A stretch of 64,000 nt of DNA from Giardia intestinalis. Lineage: Eukaryota. The notes below the pieces were generated by a model, which saw only the letters and a list, made by a program, of their open reading frames with translations, was not told the DNA's origin and made no database searches. This document shows, piece by piece, positions 20,146 to 28,141 of the stretch. The stretch is from assembly GCA_000002435.2 (NCBI GenBank), contig CM018793.1; one strand, 5' to 3'. Position numbers and translations under genes: made by a program. Numbering within the stretch: position 1 is the stretch's first letter; every line of letters starts with the position of its first letter.

Positions 20146-20627
20146 CAGTAGTATATATCCTTGTGGTGCCCACTTTCGTTTTTTTGGGCCTGCACGGGGC
20201 TGGGCCCAAAAAAACGAAAGCGTCCCCCACAAGTGCGTCTGCGTGTGCCGGTCCGCCCACTAGGCTCCCACACGCTGGCGCTCGTTTACCTACTTTTCAA
20301 CAGAATAAAAAACCTGTAAATTTTCAAAAAAAATCGCGGCCTCCCCCCGGAACCGCCCAGCGTGGTGCCGTGCACGCCGGGAGGAGACCGCGTTGTCCTT
20401 GGATGTGTGTGATGCGTTCGCGCCCGGTTCAGCTGCCGGCCAGCCTGGTCTGCTCCCTGCCCCCGGGCCCGCACGACACCGAAGTGCGACATACAGACAG
20501 CCCGAAAGCAGAAAGCAGGCCAGCGTTATTTTTTTTTTCTGGGAGGCGGCAGTCAGGAAGTGCAAACCATTCTGACGAATTGATTCTGATCTGATTAATT
20601 GATTCAGGGCGGGGAGGAAAATAAAAT
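20146..20627. repeat. Element B left terminal inverted repeat; reaches the start codon of the first gene
   Basis: Exact reverse complement of 45680-46160; inner end GAGGAAAATAAAATATG supplies the promoter/start of ORF 20628. Confidence 0.85.
20172..20219. other. Conserved 18 bp-stem hairpin 26 nt inside the TIR tip (CTTTCGTTTTTTTGGGCC / GGCCCAAAAAAACGAAAG)
   Basis: Perfect inverted repeat with a 12 nt loop; present in all three TIR copies (also 46087-46134 and 52157-52204) with a different loop in the diverged copy. Confidence 0.7.
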
Positions 20628-21074
20628 ATGACGGATGAGCATTTGGGTGGCGGCGACGTTCAACCTGATAGGGACGATGGCGACGCTGGTGTGTCTGGGG
20701 ATAACGGCGTCGTCGTGCAAGAAGACAGCGTCGATCATGCAGGAGATCCTGGACAGACAGAAGGCCCGCCAACAGCAGAGCCAGCCACAGTACCAGCAGG
20801 CGCCGACTCCCCCGCTGTACCAGACGAGCCAATGGATGAGTCAGAGCTACTAGCAGAGCTCGCGTCTGATAAGATTACCATGCCGATGATGGTTATCACT
20901 ATGGGAGGAAGGTTCTTCGACTGCAAGGACGCTGAGCTCACTGTCACGATGAAGGTAAACGACGAGACGATGGAAGGATGCTATGTCTTGATTGGAGATA
21001 CTGTTCAGGAGGGGGAGGATGGAATAAAGTTAATGGGGTTGGTGTTCAAGCGCAAGGACGTGCCGGCAGAGTGA
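20628..21074 (+). CDS. Hypothetical acidic protein (148 aa), first gene of element B
   Basis: ORF starts exactly at the TIR inner end with AAAATAAAATATG; D/E/P-rich N-half. Confidence 0.45.
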   Translation: MTDEHLGGGDVQPDRDDGDAGVSGDNGVVVQEDSVDHAGDPGQTEGPPTAEPATVPAGADSPAVPDEPMDESELLAELASDKITMPMMVITMGGRFFDCKDAELTVTMKVNDETMEGCYVLIGDTVQEGEDGIKLMGLVFKRKDVPAE

Positions 21075-21076
21075 AT

Positions 21077-22543
21077 TCACTTGTAGAAGAGCTGGAAGAT
21101 GGGGGCCCAGTCGCCCTCTATCTTGGCAGAGAAGGGCCTTGCGTCGACAGAGCCGTCGGGGTAGGTGACTATGTGGTCTGCGCGGAAGTGTAACTTGTTG
21201 GTCGGCTTTTCCAGCTCGTGCCACGCCCAGAACAGCGGGTTGATGACTTGGTAGCGGTCGTGGATGCGGCGGGCAGAGACGATGGGATATCTCTCGTGGT
21301 ACTCTTTGCAGTAGAGGTTGATGCGGCTGTCCTTGTTATACCAGACATACGGCGGAATCTTTATGCGCGTTGTAGGAGAGATCGCCTCATAGAGCTTGAT
21401 AAGATCCGTCTTCCTGATGTGCCAGGCAGTGATAAAGTCTGGCGTTATCATTAGCATGGTTACCGTGGTCATCAGAACGAGATCGTCTCCATCTAACCAG
21501 GCCGCGATATAGGGACCGCTTGGGTTAGGCCCTATTTCTTTCAAGAAGTAGTTGTTGATGTATTTGAAGATGTTGACCATGGCGGTCTTAGTGATGACTG
21601 TTCCGCGGAGCGACAGGAAGTACGGGTCCTTGTGGGGGTAGAAGCGTCTGACCTTCTTGCTTGTTACCTCGATATATGCGTCTTTGCCATATTCGAAGGT
21701 GAAGGTCGGCTCAAGGAAGAAAAAGTCAGGGACGCTCAGCTTGGCGACGGGCGAGTGCAGGAGGATGGCATGAGGCTTTTCGAAACGAAAAAACCCCTGC
21801 TTCTTTTCGTGTTCTGCAGACTCCGTGATGAAGAGTTCGAGATAGACGGGAGCGAGGGTGAATGGGCGGTTGTTTTGGTCAAGGATCTCTATGTCGATGA
21901 TTCGGCCCTCATTGATGCGGTGGTTAACGGCGATGTGGGGGTTGATGAGGGAGAAGTTGTTTGTGATGTGCATAACGCCAATGCAGGCCGGCATTGTCAT
22001 GTTGGAGTCAGACGTGCCGCAGACGTTCTTGCAGATGATCTGGAGATACTTGAGGGTGACGGGAGGATAGGGGATGTCTGAGAGGAGGATGCTCCGTTCG
22101 CCTTGCGGAAGGTTTCGGGAGAATAGTTGCTTGGTGGTTCCGAAGCCAAGTGCCCAGGCAGCCGACGGAGAGAGGTTGAGATTTATGAAGTGGTTCTCTG
22201 CTGTGATTGCTTGTGTTAGTATGAAACGAACAAAGCCATCCTCGGTAATGTTTATTTCGACGTTAGCAGATATGCTGTGTGAGATCAGGTCAGCAAGGTT
22301 CTTAGCGACTCCGTCGAATTCGAATAACGTCTGGTTGGCGGTTACGTCGGTAATGTTGAAGGCGCCGATGCTGTCGAATATAGAAAGCGGGGAGTATGCG
22401 CTAACGAGACTCATATAGTGGCCTGTCGGATAGTGAGAGAGGATTTCGCGGATCTTGTTGCTGTATATCGCATGGTTTACGAGACCCTTTCCTATATTTT
22501 TAATTGTTATAACACCTGTCTGCTTTGTCTCGAGTCTCAGCAT
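21077..22543 (-). CDS. Hypothetical protein (488 aa); candidate virion structural (jelly-roll/penton-like) protein
   Basis: Beta-rich composition, lower GC, position in the structural module next to the packaging ATPase; start abuts AATTAAAAAATAATG; no motif-level assignment possible by eye. Confidence 0.35.
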   Translation of the reverse strand: MLRLETKQTGVITIKNIGKGLVNHAIYSNKIREILSHYPTGHYMSLVSAYSPLSIFDSIGAFNITDVTANQTLFEFDGVAKNLADLISHSISANVEINITEDGFVRFILTQAITAENHFINLNLSPSAAWALGFGTTKQLFSRNLPQGERSILLSDIPYPPVTLKYLQIICKNVCGTSDSNMTMPACIGVMHITNNFSLINPHIAVNHRINEGRIIDIEILDQNNRPFTLAPVYLELFITESAEHEKKQGFFRFEKPHAILLHSPVAKLSVPDFFFLEPTFTFEYGKDAYIEVTSKKVRRFYPHKDPYFLSLRGTVITKTAMVNIFKYINNYFLKEIGPNPSGPYIAAWLDGDDLVLMTTVTMLMITPDFITAWHIRKTDLIKLYEAISPTTRIKIPPYVWYNKDSRINLYCKEYHERYPIVSARRIHDRYQVINPLFWAWHELEKPTNKLHFRADHIVTYPDGSVDARPFSAKIEGDWAPIFQLFYK

Positions 22544-22555
22544 TATTTTTTAATT

Positions 22556-23500
22556 ATGCCGCTCGATCTCTCGCTCAAGACTGCGTCTACCAAGGACGCG
22601 CTCGAGTTCCGGGAGAAGCGCTTCCCGGTCTCGAACAACTGCTTCATCCCGATCGTGGGTGTGACGGGCTCTGGGAAGACGACGATCATCATCAACCTCT
22701 TCCGTCTTCTCAATGAGATCTACCGCTACAGCCACATCATCTATGTCGCCGCGAACTACCGCCAGGACGCGACGCTCAGGGCAGCGAACCTCACCCAGGT
22801 AGTTCTCGAGGACTACGTGGAGTTCGAGCAGGAGCGCGAGCATACGAAGCACGTCTACACGGCGAGCACCGATCTGCTGGACGTGGCCATCATGAAGATC
22901 TACGAGCTCCAGGACCTCCACGCGAAGGCCGAGGAGCTCCGGGAGCAGAGGAGGCAGATAGCGAGGGCGATCAAGATCGCGAAGGACCAGCAGCCAGAGC
23001 TCCTCGAGGACCTTGTTGCCCGCTACATCACAATCACCGAGGAGATCGACTCCATAGCGCCGACCAGCGACGGCACGCGTCCGAAGGTCCTCCTCGCCAT
23101 CGACGATAACTCGGGTGCCAAGGCCTTCAAGGTCAACTCTGAGAACAACCTTGTGTACCGCCTCATCAGGGACAGGAGACACCACAACACCTCTGTCCTC
23201 GCCTGCATCCACAACCTCAAGGCCTTCCACGCGCCCTTCCGCATGCATGCGACGGAGTTCATCTTCACGGCAGGTCTCAACAGCCAGGCGCTCAAGGATG
23301 TTTACGAGGACCTGGGGAACATCTTCCCGATCATCAACGAGAAGGCCCAGGACGGCACGAAGGCGTGCGACCTCTTCTGCGGGCTCTACGACAAGGTGAC
23401 GGGCGTCTACCCGAACGACGAGAGCCGCCGCTACTACTTCCTCACCGTCTTCCGTAACGCAAGGGAGCTCAGGGAGAACTTCGACACTGTCCTCAAGTAA
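22556..23500 (+). CDS. FtsK/HerA-superfamily (A32-like) genome-packaging ATPase
   Basis: Walker A IVGVTGSGKTTIIINLF and Walker B KVLLAIDDNSG (hhhhDD); ~315 aa from the ATG at 22556 (ORF track start 22418 overlaps the divergent neighbour). Confidence 0.55.
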   Translation: MPLDLSLKTASTKDALEFREKRFPVSNNCFIPIVGVTGSGKTTIIINLFRLLNEIYRYSHIIYVAANYRQDATLRAANLTQVVLEDYVEFEQEREHTKHVYTASTDLLDVAIMKIYELQDLHAKAEELREQRRQIARAIKIAKDQQPELLEDLVARYITITEEIDSIAPTSDGTRPKVLLAIDDNSGAKAFKVNSENNLVYRLIRDRRHHNTSVLACIHNLKAFHAPFRMHATEFIFTAGLNSQALKDVYEDLGNIFPIINEKAQDGTKACDLFCGLYDKVTGVYPNDESRRYYFLTVFRNARELRENFDTVLK

Positions 23501-23506
23501 ATAAAA

Positions 23507-23896
23507 ATGCGTGCTCACACCCAGGCGGACGACTACGGTCGCGTCTACACTGTCTCACACCTCCCCTCCTGCGCTGTCCTGCCGACGGGGTCTCCTCCGT
23601 ATGCGCCTCCCCGCGTCGTGCAGGCCTTCAAGGATCCCCTTGCCGGCACGCAGGTTCCCTTCAACTCGAAGAACGACCCGTCCGTGCACCGCATCGTGAA
23701 GGCCCGCCGCTTCGCCTCCCAGTCGAACCTCATCCCCCTCGACTGCAATAGCAACGCAAGGCACATCCAGGTCCCCATGCCCTCCAAGACCCTGACCCAT
23801 GCGATGGCGAAGCGCATCGACCCGTCACTCGCAGACACAAAGAGGCGCACCGCAAAGATGGAAGAGGCCAAGATGCGCATGCGCACGAAGAAGTGA
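23507..23896 (+). CDS. Small protein with basic C-terminus (129 aa); possible core/DNA-binding protein
   Basis: Start abuts GTAAATAAAAATG; C-terminal KRRTAKMEEAKMRMRTKK. Confidence 0.35.
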   Translation: MRAHTQADDYGRVYTVSHLPSCAVLPTGSPPYAPPRVVQAFKDPLAGTQVPFNSKNDPSVHRIVKARRFASQSNLIPLDCNSNARHIQVPMPSKTLTHAMAKRIDPSLADTKRRTAKMEEAKMRMRTKK

Positions 23897-23916
23897 ACTC
23901 CTAGGAAAAAAAAATA

Positions 23917-24462
23917 ATGACAGCCAACGTTGACGTTCAGGCGATCGTCGCGGCGGTCCTCGAGAAGCTCAAGGAGCCTGCAGCTCCGAAGAGCGTCTAT
24001 GTGCCCCCGCAGGCCAAGCAGGCGAAGACGCGCATGAAGGAGGTCCCGATCACCGCCCGAGAGGACCCTGACATCGACCCCTACAAGGAGCTCCCCGAGA
24101 TCAACCGCGAGACCCACGAGTACATCTATTGCAAGAATGGGAGGTGGAGGGCCGTCCCCAAGCAGACCCCCGAGCAGATCAAGGAGCGCACGGAGAAGAT
24201 GCTCGAGTCGCGCCTCAGGAAGCGCGCCGAGGCCACCAAGAGGCTCGAGGAGAAGCTCGCCCAGATAAGGGCCGAGAAGATGGAGGAGAGCATGGTCGAG
24301 ACCGTGGCGCCCCCCAAGAGCGAGGAGGAGCACGAGTCGGGCGACGAGGGAGACCCGGAGCTCTCGAAGATCATCGCCGACCACCTCGCCGAGAAGCAGC
24401 GCAAGGAGAGCCATGCAGCAAACGTGTCAAGCGTGTTCGGCGTCTCGGTCACGCATAAGTGA
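23917..24462 (+). CDS. Charged K/E-rich hypothetical protein (181 aa)
   Basis: Start abuts GGAAAAAAAAATAATG; highly charged helical sequence. Confidence 0.4.
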   Translation: MTANVDVQAIVAAVLEKLKEPAAPKSVYVPPQAKQAKTRMKEVPITAREDPDIDPYKELPEINRETHEYIYCKNGRWRAVPKQTPEQIKERTEKMLESRLRKRAEATKRLEEKLAQIRAEKMEESMVETVAPPKSEEEHESGDEGDPELSKIIADHLAEKQRKESHAANVSSVFGVSVTHK

Positions 24463-24478
24463 ATGAAAAAAAAAAATC

Positions 24479-27097
24479 ATGGCGATCGCCATTAACCCCG
24501 ATGTCCGCGAGCTGGACTTCAGCGACAACGTCAAGGTCTCGAAGTTCATGCAGGACTTCTCGGACTTCAGGGCGAAGAAGTGGATCACCTACAGGCCAGT
24601 GAACGCGCCCAGCGAGAGCGAGCCCTTCTTCGGGGGGACGAGACAGTTCATTATCAACATGGGCACGGGTCACATCCTCGACACAATGTATTCTGGGCTC
24701 TGGTTTGAACTTTACTTCCAGAATAATAGTGATGTGGTGTTGTGGCCTATACAGGCTTCTCTTCCTCGCACTTCTTCAGCTTGGATCGAGTCGGTGACGT
24801 TCCAGCATTCGAAGGTGGCAGCCCACATAGATGAACGCCTCTGCGATTACAACGCTGTCAGCACCATCTTTATTCCCGCGAAAGACATCCTCAGTATGAG
24901 GCAGACCTTTTTCACTACGGCAAATCAGCAGTTTGCAGACAATAATATGTTCAATGATGCCGTAGCCGATGATATATATGGCAAGCTTATGCCTGTAGGC
25001 TCGTTGACTACTTCTCGCATATCCCAACAAACCTTTTCTTTCTTCATCCCGCTTCGTTATTTATCAACCATCTTCAATTCAGGCAGATACTTCTTCCCAA
25101 GCCTGCTTCGCGGTAATGGTGAGATGACTCTATCTATTCGCTCTGTTGCTGCGTCTCTTTCAGAGGTGTTTGGTGGTTCTCGCAGTTCTATGGCCATTTA
25201 TATGAATCCTAATTTAAATGATTACCTTTGGTCAACTGCCGCTTCTGACAAAAAGATTAACTGGGATGTTTGTATGTATAATATGAAGTTAGTTACGCTC
25301 TGTCTCGATAACGCTTTTCTTACCAAAGAGTACAACGCCTTCATTGCCAGCGGCCGCAAATTTATTCGCTCTTTCAAAGCCTATAACTACCAGTTCTACC
25401 AGGTCAAGCAGGGTTATAATCGAATTGAGATAGCGAACACCCATCAGTCGATATCGCACATTGTTCTTGCGTTCCAGGTGCCGTATTCTGTACGCGTCGA
25501 TGGTCGAGCTATTTCGATGATGGATAATCAGTCATTTGGTATTCAGAAAACAACAGCGGGCACAACAAGCCAAACGATTAATGCCAAGAACCAGGGCGCA
25601 TTTGTTCCGACACGAGCAAGACCTTCTATGACAGGTCACGCCGGTAATAATTATCAGCCAGCGCCAGACAACCCGTACATTTCAGCATCAAGTCCAAACC
25701 CTCCTTCTGGTACTCGCGCATTTGGTAGAAAGGCGTTTGATCTTGGTACTAGTATAATGTGCAAGATATGGGATAGTGCTAAAAATCTGAACTGGTCATT
25801 TTTAGCACAACCGACTCTTGCCCTTGCGGCCAGTGGCCTTCCTAAGTCAGTACAACCTCTCGTAACAGCAACAGCCAATATGTTAGTTCAGAGTTCCTTG
25901 CAAAGCGCCACTAGAGCTGGAAGTGTTAAAAGACCTGCGCCGAGAACGTCCCAAGAGAATGATTTGTTAAAGCTTCAAAGAAATAATGCCCAAAGCCTAG
26001 CTAGAGGTTTTATGGATCCAAAGAATCGTGATGTTATAGGGACGTTTATTGACGAATTTAACAAATCGACAGGCGGTACTCTTGGAATAACCGAATTTAA
26101 TGCTATAGCACATCAGTTCCTAACTATGAATAATGCCAAAAGTAATTTAACACAAAAACAAAAGGATGTTTTTACAGATCTTATGAATATGAAGAAACTT
26201 GATCCTGTCTCAATTAACTTGATAGCTTATTATGCAACAGATGATGAGAGTGGTCCGTCAGCCATCACCAATGACCAAGTGAAGAATTATCTTTTGAAAC
26301 ACAACATAGATGAAGCTGACATAGATGAGGTGACCGATATTATAGCACGTCATAATTTAGAAACGGCAGGGGTATCTGTCTCCCAGGGAAGACTTGCTTT
26401 AAACGGTTTGGAAATAGATACCAATACCCAGAAAGTCGTTGCCGAGACCATGGATCGAATATTCGGAAGCGATGATACGTTAAAGACTGCCTTTACTGAG
26501 AGTCAGAAGACGTACTTGGCAAAAATTCTCGCAGAGCTGACTGACCAGAACCACTTGGATCATCACAAGTTCTTTACGCAAATGTTCCCCGCCGAGCCAA
26601 AGCAACTCTTTGATCTCGGCATGCACGTTATCGAGAACCTTCAGGTGTACCGCGGGACCGGTAACGGTGAGACGGTCTTTTCAGAACCAATTAACGGAGA
26701 CATGTTCTACCACATAAGTAGGGAGGCAATGGGCGATTCTGCTGAGAACCATCCATTTTTCAGTCTTGAGAATTTCAACAAGGACATGGCAGTAATTGTA
26801 ATTAGTCTCAACACTTTCATGCGCGACGCTCACCACGAGTTCTGGGACGGGTTCAGCACGAACCGCGTTGCTGATCGTCTCTATGTGGAGTTCAATAATG
26901 AGGAGTTTGTCATTCCGGATCTGTCTAAGATTCAACCTTGGTTTGATGATATCGGTTACCAGGATAATTGTATCGGCCTAGACTGCAAGGTCTTCACGAT
27001 CTACGACAACATCTACTTCATCGACCGCGACAACAACCTGAACGTGTCCGACACGCTCCTGCCCCTCCAGGAGGGCCGCATTCCTGGGTCTGACTGA
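24479..27097 (+). CDS. Large N/S/T-rich protein (872 aa); candidate major capsid protein
   Basis: Largest structural-module ORF, immediately upstream of the integrase, start abuts GAAAAAAAAAAATCATG; the capsid assignment is inferred from position and size only. Confidence 0.35.
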   Translation: MAIAINPDVRELDFSDNVKVSKFMQDFSDFRAKKWITYRPVNAPSESEPFFGGTRQFIINMGTGHILDTMYSGLWFELYFQNNSDVVLWPIQASLPRTSSAWIESVTFQHSKVAAHIDERLCDYNAVSTIFIPAKDILSMRQTFFTTANQQFADNNMFNDAVADDIYGKLMPVGSLTTSRISQQTFSFFIPLRYLSTIFNSGRYFFPSLLRGNGEMTLSIRSVAASLSEVFGGSRSSMAIYMNPNLNDYLWSTAASDKKINWDVCMYNMKLVTLCLDNAFLTKEYNAFIASGRKFIRSFKAYNYQFYQVKQGYNRIEIANTHQSISHIVLAFQVPYSVRVDGRAISMMDNQSFGIQKTTAGTTSQTINAKNQGAFVPTRARPSMTGHAGNNYQPAPDNPYISASSPNPPSGTRAFGRKAFDLGTSIMCKIWDSAKNLNWSFLAQPTLALAASGLPKSVQPLVTATANMLVQSSLQSATRAGSVKRPAPRTSQENDLLKLQRNNAQSLARGFMDPKNRDVIGTFIDEFNKSTGGTLGITEFNAIAHQFLTMNNAKSNLTQKQKDVFTDLMNMKKLDPVSINLIAYYATDDESGPSAITNDQVKNYLLKHNIDEADIDEVTDIIARHNLETAGVSVSQGRLALNGLEIDTNTQKVVAETMDRIFGSDDTLKTAFTESQKTYLAKILAELTDQNHLDHHKFFTQMFPAEPKQLFDLGMHVIENLQVYRGTGNGETVFSEPINGDMFYHISREAMGDSAENHPFFSLENFNKDMAVIVISLNTFMRDAHHEFWDGFSTNRVADRLYVEFNNEEFVIPDLSKIQPWFDDIGYQDNCIGLDCKVFTIYDNIYFIDRDNNLNVSDTLLPLQEGRIPGSD

Positions 27098-27112
27098 GTG
27101 AATGGAATAAAA

Positions 27113-28141
27113 ATGGCGCTGCTCTCTGCGAAGGGCCCGGGCTACGTCGAGATGGACCTCGTCTACGTCAAGGACGGGGGCAGGGAGGAGAAGTACTTCG
27201 CGGCGGTCGAGGCGTTCTCGCGGCTCTGCTTCGTGCGGCAGCTCCCGGACCGGAAGGCGGCGAACCTCGTCCCGGTCGTCGACGAGATGCTCACGCACTT
27301 CAAGGCGAAGAGCGTCCGGGCGGACATGGAGTTCTCGGCGTTCGAGATCCTCAACCTCTTCGAGCGGCGGAGGGTCAAGGTCGACCTCGTGCCCTTCGAG
27401 GTCAGGGACTACTCGCGCCTCGCCACGATCAACCGCTTCTGCCGGTCCCTGCGCCACTACCGGATGAGCGGCGTCAAGCCGGGGGACATCGAGAAGCACC
27501 ACAACCGGGAGAAGCCGGACCACTACTACCCGCACAAGTGCACGGCGGACGTCACGTACGAGGAGAACGTCGCGGTGATGAACGCGAAGCACCGGAAGGG
27601 GATCCTGCCGCTCCGGGGCGGGCCCAGGGCAGACGCGGGCCAGACGGTCCACGTGCGGCTCCTCAAGGACGGGAAGTTCGACAAGGAGCGGCCGAAGTGG
27701 TCCCGGGCGCGGTTCCGGGTGCTCGGGGTCTTCCAGGGCCGCTACGCACTGTGCCGGGAGGGCGACAAGAGCGGCAACGTCATCCTCCGGCGCTTCAACG
27801 AGGTCGCCCCGGGGAGCAAGACGCACACGTACGCGGACGACCACGTCGAGGAGAGCAACCTCTACGTCGTCAAGCGGATCGAGGAGTGCACGGACCGGAA
27901 GAGCAACCCGGTCAGGACGCTCGCGGAGGCGAACAAGATGGACTGCTGGTACCGCGTGCGGATGCTCGACGACAGCCAGGTCTGGGTGACCGCGAACCAG
28001 GTCCGCTTCCAGTCGAACGAGCCGACGGCGGCGGAGCGGCGCTTCTTCGGGGAGAAGGCGGCCGACAAGCTCACCGTCATGCGCGCGACGAAGGAGGAGC
28101 TCGCTGCGAGCAGGAGGAAGTTCCCAGTAAATAAAAAATGA
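27113..28141 (+). CDS. rve-like (retroviral-type DDE) integrase, possibly DDN variant
   Basis: VEMDLVYV...YFAAVEAFSRLCFVRQL...SVRADMEFSAFEI...RLATINRFCRSL aligns with the retroviral IN core (WQVDFTH...VAVHVASGY...TDNGSEF...G.VERFN.TLK); third acidic residue appears as N; start at the ATG after GGAATAAAAATG. Confidence 0.45.
   Translation: MALLSAKGPGYVEMDLVYVKDGGREEKYFAAVEAFSRLCFVRQLPDRKAANLVPVVDEMLTHFKAKSVRADMEFSAFEILNLFERRRVKVDLVPFEVRDYSRLATINRFCRSLRHYRMSGVKPGDIEKHHNREKPDHYYPHKCTADVTYEENVAVMNAKHRKGILPLRGGPRADAGQTVHVRLLKDGKFDKERPKWSRARFRVLGVFQGRYALCREGDKSGNVILRRFNEVAPGSKTHTYADDHVEESNLYVVKRIEECTDRKSNPVRTLAEANKMDCWYRVRMLDDSQVWVTANQVRFQSNEPTAAERRFFGEKAADKLTVMRATKEELAASRRKFPVNKK

Noticed and set aside
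22418-22555. N-terminal 46-codon extension of the packaging ATPase ORF
   Set aside because: Overlaps the divergently transcribed 488 aa gene; the ATG at 22556 is preceded by the AT-rich promoter motif.
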